From: Candidatus Multivoradales bacterium
Lineage (GTDB): Bacteria; Acidobacteriota; Thermoanaerobaculia; Multivoradales; JAHEKO01
Length of the DNA: 64,000 nucleotides
Direction: 5' to 3'
Assembly (NCBI GenBank): GCA_965223855.1
Contig: CBDCXM010000009.1
Coordinates: 2,080,001-2,144,000, forward strand
In this document: positions 20,857 to 31,879 of the stretch, piece by piece
How positions within the stretch are numbered: the first letter of the stretch is position 1
Layout of the letters: each line of letters begins with the position of its first letter
Made by a program: the position numbers and the translations under genes
The notes under the pieces: model-generated
Told to the model about the DNA's origin: nothing
The model's input: only the letters and a program-made list of their open reading frames with translations
Database searches by the model: none

Positions 20857-22758
20857 GTGAGCAAGATCATAGGAATCGACCTGGGGACCACGAACAGCGT
20901 GGTTGCCGTCATGGAAGGAACCGAGGCGAAGGTCATCCCCAACGCCGAGGGAAATCGCACCACCCCGTCGGTGGTGGCGTTCTCCGACAACGGTGAGCGC
21001 CTGGTGGGGCAGGTCGCCAAGCGTCAGGCGGTGACCAACCCCGAGCGCACCATCTACTCCATCAAGCGGTTCATGGGCCGCCGCTACGACGAAGTGGCGG
21101 AGGAGATGAAGATGGTGCCGTTCAAGGTGACGCAGGCCGACAGCGGTTTGCGCGTCGCGATCGACGGCAAGGACTATTCGCCGGAAGAGATCTCGGCGAT
21201 GACCCTGCAGAAGCTCAAGCAGGCCGCAGAGGACTACCTCGGCCAGAAGGTCGAGGCGGCCGTCATCACCGTTCCCGCCTACTTCAACGACGCGCAGCGT
21301 CAGGCGACGAAGGACGCCGGCCGAATCGCCGGTCTCAAGGTCGAGCGTCTCGTCAACGAGCCGACCGCCGCGGCGCTCGCCTACGGCCTCGACAAGAAGG
21401 AAGACCAGCTCATCGCGGTCTACGACTTCGGTGGCGGTACCTTCGACATCTCGATCCTCGAGGTCGGTGAGGGAGTCGTCGAGGTCAAGTCGACCAATGG
21501 CGACACCCACCTGGGCGGCGACAACATCGACCAGAAGCTGATGGACTGGCTGCTCGCCGAGTTCAAGAAGGACCAGGGCATCGATCTGAGCCAGGATCCG
21601 ATGGCGGTCCAGCGTCTGCGCGAGGCGGCCGAGAAGGCCAAGATCGAGCTCTCGAGCGCGCAGGAGACCGAGATCAACCTGCCCTTCATCACCGCCGACC
21701 AGTCGGGGCCCAAGCACCTCAACGTCAAGCTGAGCCGCAGCCGTCTCGAGCAGATGGTCGAGGAGCTGGTCCGGCGCTCGATCGAGCCCTGCAAGCAGGC
21801 GCTCACCGACGCCGACGTCGACGCCTCCGACATCGACGAGGTCGTCCTCGTCGGCGGTCAGACCCGCATGCCGCTGGTGCAGAAGGTCGTGCAGGAGGTG
21901 TTCGGCAGGGAGCCTCACAAGGGTGTCAACCCGGACGAGGTGGTGGCGGTCGGCGCCGCGGTACAGGGCGGCGTCCTGGCGGGAGACGTCAAGGACGTTC
22001 TGCTGCTGGACGTCACGCCTCTGTCGCTCGGCATCGAGACGCTCGGCGGGGTGATGACCCGGCTCATCGACCGCAACACGACCATCCCGACGAAGAAGAG
22101 CGAAGTCTTCTCGACCGCGGCCGACAACCAGACCTCGGTCGAGGTGCACGTGCTCCAGGGTGAGCGGGACATGGCGCGCGACAACCGCACGCTGGGGCGC
22201 TTCCACCTGGTCGGCATTCCGCCGGCGCCACGGGGCATGCCGCAGGTCGAGGTGACGTTCGACATCGACGCCAACGGCATCCTCAACGTGTCCGCGAAGG
22301 ATCGCGGGACCGGCAAGGAGCAGCAGATCACGATCACGGCGTCGAGCGGCCTGTCGGAGGACGAGATCTCGAGCATGGTCGAGGACGCCGAAGCCCACTC
22401 GGAGGAGGATCAGGAGCGCCGCAAGCTCGTCGAGCAGCGCAACCAGCTCGACCAGCTCGTCTACGCCACCTCGAAGACCTTCGAGGAGCACAAGGACAAG
22501 CTGGGCGCCGAAGAGATCTCGGAGCTCGAGGGTGCCCTCGAAGATTCGAAGAAGGCGCTCGAAGGCGACGACGCCGAAGAGATGGAGTCGGCGATTCAGC
22601 GCCTGACCCAGGCCTCGCACAAGCTGGCGGAGATCATGTACAAGGAGCAGGCCGAGGCGGCCGGCGCAGGTGCCGAGCCGGGCTCTGCCCCCGCCGACGA
22701 GGACGAGGTGATCGACGCCGAGTACGTCGACGTGGAGGACAGCGAGAAGTCCGCCTGA
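20857..22758 (+). CDS. dnaK: chaperone DnaK (Hsp70)
   Basis: [38 protein letters not shown]; GTG start with AAGGAGG RBS. Confidence 0.99.
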   Translation: MSKIIGIDLGTTNSVVAVMEGTEAKVIPNAEGNRTTPSVVAFSDNGERLVGQVAKRQAVTNPERTIYSIKRFMGRRYDEVAEEMKMVPFKVTQADSGLRVAIDGKDYSPEEISAMTLQKLKQAAEDYLGQKVEAAVITVPAYFNDAQRQATKDAGRIAGLKVERLVNEPTAAALAYGLDKKEDQLIAVYDFGGGTFDISILEVGEGVVEVKSTNGDTHLGGDNIDQKLMDWLLAEFKKDQGIDLSQDPMAVQRLREAAEKAKIELSSAQETEINLPFITADQSGPKHLNVKLSRSRLEQMVEELVRRSIEPCKQALTDADVDASDIDEVVLVGGQTRMPLVQKVVQEVFGREPHKGVNPDEVVAVGAAVQGGVLAGDVKDVLLLDVTPLSLGIETLGGVMTRLIDRNTTIPTKKSEVFSTAADNQTSVEVHVLQGERDMARDNRTLGRFHLVGIPPAPRGMPQVEVTFDIDANGILNVSAKDRGTGKEQQITITASSGLSEDEISSMVEDAEAHSEEDQERRKLVEQRNQLDQLVYATSKTFEEHKDKLGAEEISELEGALEDSKKALEGDDAEEMESAIQRLTQASHKLAEIMYKEQAEAAGAGAEPGSAPADEDEVIDAEYVDVEDSEKSA

Positions 22759-22779
22759 TCCGACCGTGACCGCTCCCTT

Positions 22780-22807
22780 CGCCCCGTCGCGTCTTCGCGA
22801 CGGGGCG
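22780..22807 (+). terminator. 12-bp stem-loop between dnaK and hspR (no U-tract)
   Basis: CGCCCCGTCGCG-TCTT-CGCGACGGGGCG. Confidence 0.5.
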
Positions 22808-22843
22808 TTGCGGCGGGGTCGGAAACGAGAGGGGTGTCCGAAG

Positions 22844-23233
22844 ATGCCGCGAAGACGTCAGAGCCAGCGCAAGTACCTGATGATCAGTGCGGTCGCCGAA
22901 CGTTTCGAGATCCATCCGCAGACGCTGCGGCTCTACGAGAGAGAAGGGTTGATCACCCCGGTCCGCAGTGCGGGAAACACCCGTCTGTACGACGAGGGGA
23001 CCATCCGGCGCCTCGAGACCATCCTCACTCTCACTAGGGATCTGGGTGTCAACCTCGCCGGCGTCGAGGTGATTCTCAACATGAACGAGCAGATGGAGCA
23101 GATGCAGGTCGAGGTCGATCGCCTGCTCGAGGCGCTCAAGAGCGGCCGCCTCGATCGTCGCTTCGGCGGGGACCGGCGCTTTGCGCTCGAAAAGGTGCCG
23201 AAGAGCCCGCTGGCAAAGGCCGACGGCAGCTGA
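22844..23233 (+). CDS. hspR: MerR-family heat-shock repressor HspR
   Basis: ISAVAERFEIHPQTLRLYEREGL..P.RSAGNTRLY...LTRDLGVNLAGVE; directly downstream of dnaK. Confidence 0.88.
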   Translation: MPRRRQSQRKYLMISAVAERFEIHPQTLRLYEREGLITPVRSAGNTRLYDEGTIRRLETILTLTRDLGVNLAGVEVILNMNEQMEQMQVEVDRLLEALKSGRLDRRFGGDRRFALEKVPKSPLAKADGS

Positions 23234-23311
23234 AATCAGACGATCGGTCGGTCGCAGCAGCCGGTCGCCGCAGCCGGTCGAGGGTCCGAGTCGCCGTGCT
23301 ACGATCCCACC

Positions 23312-24106
23312 ATGCCACTCGAGTCCGACGAGTGCCGGCAGTGCGGGGGGCGCGGCTGGGTGATGACCGAAGACGGAGGGGCCGGAACGGCGATTCCGTG
23401 CGACTGCCGTCCCGCTTTGGCGGCGCGCTCCCGTGTACAGCGGGCCGCGATTCCGCGGCGCTACGCTGACTCGACGCTCGAGAACTTCAACGTCGATGCG
23501 CCCGAGGGCGGCGACCGCCTGCTCGAGGCGCGCGAACTCTCCCGCCGCTATGTCGACCGCTTTCTGCTGGAGGACGGTGGCTATCGACGGACCGGTCTCG
23601 TCTACGTCGGGCCTCCGGGCGGCGGCAAGACTCATCTCGCGGCAGCCGTGCTGCGCGCTCTCGTCGACCGCTACGGGGTGGAAGGGCGCTTCGTCGACTT
23701 CACGAGCCTCGTTCACCAGATCCAGTCGACCTTCGACCCCGGCTCCGAGGAGTCGAAGCGACAGGTGCTCGATCCGGTGACGGACGCCGAGGTGCTGGTG
23801 CTCGACGAACTGGGAGCGCAGCGTCCGACGCCGTTCGTCAACGACATGCTCTATCTGGTGCTCAATGCCAGGTATACCCGCTGCCTGCCGACGCTCTTCA
23901 CCACCAACTACACGCTGAAGGAGTCCTCGGGGGCCGGCCACGCCAACGGCCGTGAGTTCGGGCGTCCGCTGCCGGCCGGGCCGGAGCCGCTCGCGACCCG
24001 CATTCCCGCCCGGCTGGTGAGCCGGCTTCACGAGATGGCCTTCGCCATCGAGCTCCCGGTGCCGGACTTCCGGCGCGAAGTCGTTCAGGCCCAAACGCGA
24101 ATCTGA
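23312..24106 (+). CDS. DnaC/IstB-like AAA+ ATPase with N-terminal CxxC...CxC
   Basis: GPPGGGKT, VLVLDELG, TTNY, SRL. Confidence 0.85.
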   Translation: MPLESDECRQCGGRGWVMTEDGGAGTAIPCDCRPALAARSRVQRAAIPRRYADSTLENFNVDAPEGGDRLLEARELSRRYVDRFLLEDGGYRRTGLVYVGPPGGGKTHLAAAVLRALVDRYGVEGRFVDFTSLVHQIQSTFDPGSEESKRQVLDPVTDAEVLVLDELGAQRPTPFVNDMLYLVLNARYTRCLPTLFTTNYTLKESSGAGHANGREFGRPLPAGPEPLATRIPARLVSRLHEMAFAIELPVPDFRREVVQAQTRI

Positions 24107-24125
24107 ACTCCCGGCGATACACCTG

Positions 24126-25082
24126 ATGAACTCGCAACGACTGTCGGCGCTCGAGTGCGTCTCTCGCGGAGTCTCCAACCTGCGGGGCAACTGGAAGCTG
24201 GTGCTGCTCGTCTTCGCCCAGATCATCGCCTGCGGTGTCGTGGCGTTCCTCGGCGTTGTGGTGCTCATGATGGCGGGCATCGGAGCGTCGCTCGACGGCT
24301 TCAGCCTCGAGTCGGTGGAGGATGTCGAGAATCTGCGCGAGGCGCTGGCGCGCAGCGCCTTCGGCTGGAAGGAGCTGGCGATCGTCCTCGCCGTGCTGTT
24401 CGTCTTTCTTGCCGTCCTGCTGCTCGTCTACTCGTGGTTCCAGGGCGGAATTCTCGCCACCCTCGACCGGGGGGAACGGCAGGCGCCCCGCGGTACCGGG
24501 TCGGAGATGACCCTCTTCGAGACCTTTTCAGGGCGGAACTTCAGCGGCTGGGCCTCGCAGTACGTCTGGCCACTCTTCTGGTTCTTCAACTGGCTGACGC
24601 TGCTGCTGACGGTCGCCCTCTTCGGCCTCGTCCTCCTGGCGGGCCTGGGAGTCTTCCTGCTGGCGAAGCTCGGGCAGGGGATCGCGATCGCCGTCGGTTG
24701 CGTCCTCGTCCTGCCACTGATTCTGCTGATGCTGGCACTGCAGATCTGGCTCGTCATCGGGCAGACCCTGGTCGTCAACGATTTCGGCGTCTTCCGAGCG
24801 ACCAACCGGGCGCTGGTCTACCTCGGGCGTCGCTTCTGGGCCGCCATCGTGATCGCCGTTCTCTTCCTGGTGGCGCAGATCGGTGTGGCCGTCGTGTTCC
24901 TGCCTCTCTCGCAGGGCCTCGCGATCGCTCTGGGGGATGGCGGTGCCGCCGCACTCGCCGTACAGATTCTGCTCACCTTCGCCCAGTGGCTCGTGGGGGG
25001 CGTCCTCTCCGTGGCGCTTTTCGGCTCGGTGGTGGCTCTGACCCGCACCGAGATCGACCACGAGCGACGACTGGCTTCCTGA
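24126..25082 (+). CDS. hypothetical polytopic membrane protein
   Basis: 318 aa with several long hydrophobic helices. Confidence 0.8.
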   Translation: MNSQRLSALECVSRGVSNLRGNWKLVLLVFAQIIACGVVAFLGVVVLMMAGIGASLDGFSLESVEDVENLREALARSAFGWKELAIVLAVLFVFLAVLLLVYSWFQGGILATLDRGERQAPRGTGSEMTLFETFSGRNFSGWASQYVWPLFWFFNWLTLLLTVALFGLVLLAGLGVFLLAKLGQGIAIAVGCVLVLPLILLMLALQIWLVIGQTLVVNDFGVFRATNRALVYLGRRFWAAIVIAVLFLVAQIGVAVVFLPLSQGLAIALGDGGAAALAVQILLTFAQWLVGGVLSVALFGSVVALTRTEIDHERRLAS

Positions 25083-25096
25083 GCGGGAAACAGGCT

Positions 25097-27217
25097 GTGT
25101 TCAGGGAGTCCACGAGGCGGCTGCGTCCGTTCCTTTCCGTCTGCGCCCTGATCCTCGCGTGGACCGCCGCCGTCGAGGCGGCCCCCCTGGTACCGGAGAC
25201 CGTGCGGGTCGGCCTGGCGACCGATCTCGAGAAGGTCGTCCTTCCATGCTGCGGCGCGGATCTGAGGGCTCAGGCCGGGGAGACCCAGGTCGCTCTGGTG
25301 GAGCCGTTCTCGATCGAGCCGGCGGCGACCGGGAGCAGAGGCACCTACCGGCTTCAGGTGGCGGCGCTCAAGGACGAGCGGCAGGCTCTCGGTCTGGCGC
25401 GGCGATTCGAAGCGAGATTCGGCGTCGGAGAAGTGGTTTTCGATGCAGCGACGGATCTCTATCGGGTGCGCGTCGGCCGCTTCAGCGACCGCTCGGCGGC
25501 GGACGAGGCGGTCCGCGAGCTGGCAGCCGCCGGCCGCGCCGGTGCCTTCGTCGTGTCGGAGCCCTCGGCCTCGGTCGCCGAGGGACTGCGAGTGCGGCAG
25601 GGTAGCGACGCCTGGAGGGTGCGCGGGCGCTGGGTCGTGGTCTGGTCGCGTTCGGAGACGGGCATCCGCCTGCCGTCGGGGACCTATCGCGGGCGGCTCC
25701 TCGTCTATCTCAACGACCGTGGGACGCTGAACCTCATCAACGAGTTGCCGCTCGACGACTATGTTCGCGGTGTCGTGCCGCGGGAGATGGGGCCGGAGGT
25801 GTACGACAGCCTGGAGGGGCTCAAGGCGCAGGCGGTCGCAGCGCGGACCTACGCGGTTCACAACTTCGCGGAGTTCGCCGCCGAGGGCTACGACATCTGC
25901 GCGACCCCGAGGTGCCAGGTCTACGGCGGAAGGAGCGCCGAGCACCCGATGTCGGATCGCGCGGTGCGCGAGACGGCCGGCGAGGTGATCGCCTTCGACG
26001 GCGCAGCGATCGACGCCAAGTACAGCTCGACGTGCGGAGGTCACACCGAGGACGCTGAGATCGTCTTTCCCGGCAACGAGAAGCCGTATCTGGCGGCCGT
26101 TCCGTGCTTCGAGGCAGGGCTCACCGAACTGTCGGGAGCGAAGTCGTCGGCGTTTCCCGATGCCCTGATCGCGAGGGTGCTCGGTCCGGCCGACCTGGCT
26201 CTCGGGGCGCCGTCGCTGAGCGAGCGGCTGCAGACCCTTGCCTTCGTCGCCGGCCTGCCGCCTCCGGCAGCGCCGTTGGCGACCCTCGACCGCCGGGGAC
26301 TCGCACGTCATATCGCCTCCTGGCTGGATCTCGCCCTCGAGGTGGAACTCTTCGTGGCGCCGCCCGACATTCCCTACGCGCTGGGGCAGGCGCCGGCGGG
26401 CTGGTCGGAAGACGACCTCGAGGTAGCGACGTACCTCGGCTCGCTCGGCATTCTCGACGGCCCGGTCGACAGCGCCGTCTCAGCGGGCGAAGTGGAGCGC
26501 ACCCTCCTGGCTCTGATGGAGATGCTGCGGGTGGTCGAGACGGTCGAGGGGCTCTTCGCCAAGGTCGAGGGGGGGAGGCTCGTCGTGCGGGAGGAGGGGG
26601 TCGCGCGGAGCTTCGAGATCGATCCGGGGCTCGCGACCTTCCGCGACCGTGGGGGGAGGACGACCGGCGCCACGTTGGGCATGGTGCCCGGAGATCCGTT
26701 GACGGTCTACCTCGTCGAGGGGATTCCGGCGGCCGTCGTCCAGCACGTCGACCCCAACGGTGCGGCCTACGATCGCAGCAGCCGCTATTCGACCTGGCGC
26801 AGATTCCGCTCCGACAGCGAGATCGGACGCCTGATCGAGGAGCGGTATCCCGGCTTCCGGTTCCGGCGCCTCGAAGTGGTCGAGAGAGGGCGCTCCGGGC
26901 GGGTCGGCCGCCTCAGGGTGATCGGCGAAGGGAATACCGTGGAGATCGAGGGGCTGGCGATCCGCTGGGCGCTCGATCTTCCGGACACCTTCTTCACGTT
27001 CAAGCGGCTGGCGCCCCCGAAGGGGGTGCCGGGATGGCTGTTCTCCGGCCGCGGCTGGGGACATGGGGTGGGGATGTGCCAGATCGGCGCGTACGGCATG
27101 GGTCTGCGTGGTCACTCCTACCGCGAGATTCTCGAGCACTACTACTCGAGCGTCGACCTGACGACGGTCGAAACCGTCTCCCGCAGCGAGTACGAACGGC
27201 TGCGGCAGGGCCGCTGA
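25097..27217 (+). CDS. SpoIID/LytB-domain peptidoglycan lytic transglycosylase with SPOR domain
   Basis: YRLQVAAL...YRVRVGRF (SPOR); DYVRGVVPREM, LKAQAVAARTYA, CQVYGG, GWGHGVGMCQIGA, ILEHYY. Confidence 0.9.
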   Translation: MFRESTRRLRPFLSVCALILAWTAAVEAAPLVPETVRVGLATDLEKVVLPCCGADLRAQAGETQVALVEPFSIEPAATGSRGTYRLQVAALKDERQALGLARRFEARFGVGEVVFDAATDLYRVRVGRFSDRSAADEAVRELAAAGRAGAFVVSEPSASVAEGLRVRQGSDAWRVRGRWVVVWSRSETGIRLPSGTYRGRLLVYLNDRGTLNLINELPLDDYVRGVVPREMGPEVYDSLEGLKAQAVAARTYAVHNFAEFAAEGYDICATPRCQVYGGRSAEHPMSDRAVRETAGEVIAFDGAAIDAKYSSTCGGHTEDAEIVFPGNEKPYLAAVPCFEAGLTELSGAKSSAFPDALIARVLGPADLALGAPSLSERLQTLAFVAGLPPPAAPLATLDRRGLARHIASWLDLALEVELFVAPPDIPYALGQAPAGWSEDDLEVATYLGSLGILDGPVDSAVSAGEVERTLLALMEMLRVVETVEGLFAKVEGGRLVVREEGVARSFEIDPGLATFRDRGGRTTGATLGMVPGDPLTVYLVEGIPAAVVQHVDPNGAAYDRSSRYSTWRRFRSDSEIGRLIEERYPGFRFRRLEVVERGRSGRVGRLRVIGEGNTVEIEGLAIRWALDLPDTFFTFKRLAPPKGVPGWLFSGRGWGHGVGMCQIGAYGMGLRGHSYREILEHYYSSVDLTTVETVSRSEYERLRQGR

Positions 27218-27312
27218 GGCGGCCTGAAGAGCCTCCGGCCCGCCGGGGAGTGCGTGCTACGATCCCGCCGGCGAGCCGCCCGCCGCGGCAGGCCGCGGAG
27301 AGCCTTCGAGAG

Positions 27313-28471
27313 ATGACCGAGACCGTCGATTTCGCACTGACCGAGGAGCAGGTCGTCGTACAGGAAGCCGCCCGCGACTTCGCTCGCAAGGCCGTCGATC
27401 CGATCGTCGAGGAGATCGACGAGGCGCAGCGCTTTCCCACCGAGGTTTTTCGAGCAGGCGGGCGAACTCGGATTCCTGGGCATTCTGATGCCGGAGGAGT
27501 ACGGCGGCGCCGGCCTGGGCTACGTCGAGTACGCGCTCGTCATCAGCGAGCTGGCGCAGGTCGATCCGTCGGTCGGTCTCAGCGTCGCGGCTCACAACTC
27601 GTTGTGCACGAACCACATCTACAAGTTCGGCACCGAGGAGCAGCGCCGCCGCTGGGTGGTGCCGCTGGCGAGCGGCGAGAAGATCGGCGCCTGGAGCCTC
27701 ACCGAGCCCGAGGCGGGCTCGGACGCCGCCGGCACTCGCTCCCGGGCCGAGAAGGTCGAGGGGGGCTGGATCCTCAACGGCGCCAAGACCTTCACCACTC
27801 ACGGATCGGTGGGCGACCTGTGCGTCGTCTTCGCGGTCAACGATGCCGAAGGGCCGCGTCATCACAACGTCTCCGCCTTCGTCGTCGAGAAGGGGCGCGA
27901 GGGGTTCCGGTCGGGCAAGAAGGAGAACAAGCTCGGCACGCGCGCCTCCGACACGGCTGAAGTGATCATGGAGAACTGCTTCGTCCCCGACGACCACCTG
28001 CTCGGGGAGGTCGGCGAGGGCTTCATTCAGGCGTTGCAGATTCTCGACGGCGGTCGCATCTCGATCGCCGCGCTCGGTCTCGGCATTGCCAAAGGGGCCT
28101 TCGAGACGGCCCGCGCCTACGCGCTCGAGCGCGAGCAGTTCGGCAAGCCGATCGCGCAGTTCCAGGCGATTCAGTTCCATCTCGCCGACATGGCGACCCG
28201 CATCGCCGCGGCGGAAGCGCTCGTGATGGCCGCCGCGGTCGAGATGGATCGCAGCGGCAAGGTCACCCGGCTCGCTGCGGAGGCGAAGCTCTATGCCGGG
28301 GAGACCGCGGTCTTCTGCGCCGACCTCGGCGTGCAGATTCACGGCGGCTACGGCTTCATCAAGGACTACCGTGCCGAGAAGTTCTTCCGCGACTGCAAGA
28401 TCTGCACGATCGGGGAAGGGACGAGCGAGATCCAGCGGCTCGTCATCGCCAGGCAGCTGCTGCGCGGATGA
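27313..28471 (+). CDS. acyl-CoA dehydrogenase, frameshifted by one extra T at 27446-27450 (probable sequencing error)
   Basis: [13 protein letters not shown]...RFPTEVF in one frame continues as [19 protein letters not shown] in another; [25 protein letters not shown]. Confidence 0.88.
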
Positions 28472-28881
28472 TTCCCCGCATCGACCACATCGGTGTCGCA
28501 GTCGCCTCGATCGAAGCGGCGCGCGGCTTCTACGAAGCGCTCGGCCTCGAGGTGGCCGAGATCGAGGAGGTCGAAGCGGAGGGAGTCCGGGTGGCGATGA
28601 TCCACTGCGGTGAGAGCAAGATCGAGTTGCTCGAGCCGACTCGTGAGGACTCGCCGATCGCCCGCTTCCTCGAGAAGCGTGGAGAGGGGCTGCATCACGT
28701 CTGTCTCGCGAGCACCGACATCCGGGGCGACGACGCGGCGCTCAGAGAGGCCGGCTACCAGGTTCTGCGCCCCGAGCCGACCCGCGGCGCGGGTGGGTGC
28801 TGGGTGCAGTTCGTGCACCCGAAGAGCGCAGCCGGCGTGCTCGTGGAGCTGTCGGAGCCCGGCGAGCGTTCGTCAGGCTAG
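28468..28881 (+). CDS. mce: methylmalonyl-CoA epimerase
   Basis: [34 protein letters not shown]. Confidence 0.9.
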   Translation: MIPRIDHIGVAVASIEAARGFYEALGLEVAEIEEVEAEGVRVAMIHCGESKIELLEPTREDSPIARFLEKRGEGLHHVCLASTDIRGDDAALREAGYQVLRPEPTRGAGGCWVQFVHPKSAAGVLVELSEPGERSSG

Positions 28882-29648
28882 AACCGGACGTGCTCGACGA
28901 ACAGGTTCGGCACGTCGGCGCCGTCGGCCTGTAGCGCCGCCGCGAGTTCGGGACCGATCTCGAAGTCTCCGGCCCGCTGCTGGTTCGAGGTCGTGAGCAC
29001 GAGCTCGAGCACGTCGCACTGATCGGCGAACTCCTCGCGGACGGAGGTCAGAACCTCGGCGGCGACCTCCAGGCTTCGGAAGACCGAAGCCTCGGAGTCG
29101 GTGCGAACCTCGACGAAAGGCCGGGTGTTCGCCGTGCCCTGGAAGACGCCGACGCCGTCGAAGCCGAGCTCGGAGAAGCGTTGCTTGATCGCCGCCGCAA
29201 GGTCGATGTCGCGCAGCGGCTCCCGCCGGAGCGCGGCCGTGTCGTCGGTCGTCGACGTCGAGATGCGGGGCGCCGACACGTCGCCGTCAGGGCGCGCGGT
29301 GCCGCGCATCGAAGCCTCGCCGCGCTCGATCAGGTCACCGAGGCGCTCGCGCTGCTTCGTCTCCCCGGAGACGACCTTCTTCTGGACGAACTCGCCGTCC
29401 TCCAGGACGAGCGCGTTGCCGAGCTGATGCTTGTTCGCCTCCTCGGTCGCCTCGACGTCGATCTCGGAGGCGTCGATGAAGGTCTCGGTGCCACTCATCA
29501 GCGTGATGATCGCCTTGTCGCCCTCGATGACGTACTTGTCTCGTGCCTCGACTCGCGAGCCGTCCCTGAGGACGACGGTGTAGGCGAGCACCGGTGCGGT
29601 GCCGAGAATGAGAGTCAGAAGGCAGGCAAGGGTCGAGCGTCTGTACAT
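28878..29648 (-). CDS. hypothetical secreted protein
   Basis: Signal peptide ending VLA, followed by TVVLRDGSRV; host-like codon usage. Confidence 0.75.
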   Translation of the reverse strand: MYRRSTLACLLTLILGTAPVLAYTVVLRDGSRVEARDKYVIEGDKAIITLMSGTETFIDASEIDVEATEEANKHQLGNALVLEDGEFVQKKVVSGETKQRERLGDLIERGEASMRGTARPDGDVSAPRISTSTTDDTAALRREPLRDIDLAAAIKQRFSELGFDGVGVFQGTANTRPFVEVRTDSEASVFRSLEVAAEVLTSVREEFADQCDVLELVLTTSNQQRAGDFEIGPELAAALQADGADVPNLFVEHVRF

Positions 29649-29738
29649 GTCGGGGCGCCTCTCTCGTCGGGGCGGTGGTCCGCCGGGGCTCTGGTATCAT
29701 AGCGCCCCCGCGACGCTGCGGGTTTCGAGGTATCCGGC

Positions 29739-30773
29739 ATGCTCGTGGTGATGAAGATGGAGGCGACCGCCTCGCAGGTCGAGGAGGTCGTCCGGAAGGT
29801 CGAGGAGCGGGGGCTGAAGGCTCATCCGATCCCCGGCGCCCAACGCACGGCGATCGGTATCACCGGCAACCTCGGCGTGGTGGAGCCGGCGGCGATTCAA
29901 TCGCTCGACGGCGTCCTCGAGATCCTTCAGGTCAGCCATCCGTACAAGCTCGTGTCGCGCGAGTTCCGGCCCGACGACACGATCGTCGATGTCGGCGGCG
30001 TCGAGATCGGCGGGCGTGATCTCGTACTGATCGCCGGTCCGTGCTCGGTCGAGAGCTACGAGCAGACGCTGGGGATCGCCCGGCGGGTCAAGGCGGCCGG
30101 AGCGCACATCCTGCGCGGCGGCGCCTACAAGCCGCGAACCAGCCCCTACAGCTTTCAGGGGCTCGGGGTCGAGGCGCTCAAGATCCTCGATCGGGTGCGT
30201 TCCGAGACCGGGTTGCCGGTCGTGAGCGAGGCGCTCGACATCGACGTGCTCGACGAAGTCGCCGAGTACTCGGACATGGTGCAGATCGGCGCTCGCAACA
30301 TGCAGAACTACACCCTGCTCAAGCGTGCCGGGCGCTGCGGGCGTCCGGTGCTCCTGAAGCGCGGGATGAACGCCACGCTGACCGAGCTGCTGCTGGCCGC
30401 CGAGTACATCCTCGACCAGGGCAACGGCGACGTCGTTCTGTGCGAGCGCGGAATCCGAACCTTCGCCGATCACAGTCGCAACACGCTCGACGTGACGCTG
30501 ATCCCGGCGATCGAGCGGATCTCGCACCTGCCGATCGTCGCCGATCCGAGCCACGCCGCAGGATCGCGGGAGAAGGTGCTGCCCCTGTCGCGGGCCGCAG
30601 TCGCCGCAGGCGCGGACGGACTGATGATCGAGGTGCACGACGCACCCGAAGCAGCGCTTTCGGACGGCCTCCAGGCCCTGCGCCCCGAGGAGTTCGACGA
30701 GTTGGTCGAGCAGGTGGCCGCTCTCGCCCCGGTCGTCGATCGTGGCCTGCCCGCGCTCGCTGGACGGAGTTAG
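29739..30773 (+). CDS. aroF: DAHP synthase (class I-beta with N-terminal regulatory domain)
   Basis: IAGPCSVES, GGAYKPRTSPYSFQG, QIGARNMQN, LCERGIRTF, DPSH. Confidence 0.95.
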   Translation: MLVVMKMEATASQVEEVVRKVEERGLKAHPIPGAQRTAIGITGNLGVVEPAAIQSLDGVLEILQVSHPYKLVSREFRPDDTIVDVGGVEIGGRDLVLIAGPCSVESYEQTLGIARRVKAAGAHILRGGAYKPRTSPYSFQGLGVEALKILDRVRSETGLPVVSEALDIDVLDEVAEYSDMVQIGARNMQNYTLLKRAGRCGRPVLLKRGMNATLTELLLAAEYILDQGNGDVVLCERGIRTFADHSRNTLDVTLIPAIERISHLPIVADPSHAAGSREKVLPLSRAAVAAGADGLMIEVHDAPEAALSDGLQALRPEEFDELVEQVAALAPVVDRGLPALAGRS

Positions 30774-30781
30774 CGCTTCCG

Positions 30782-31875
<1,094 letters not shown>

Positions 31876-31879
<4 letters not shown>

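Noticed and set aside
20728-22620. 630-aa ORF antisense to dnaK
   Set aside because: Well-known antisense shadow of hsp70 genes caused by codon bias; no independent evidence
23312-24106. IS21 element suggested by the IstB-like ATPase
   Set aside because: No istA transposase, terminal inverted repeats or target duplication seen
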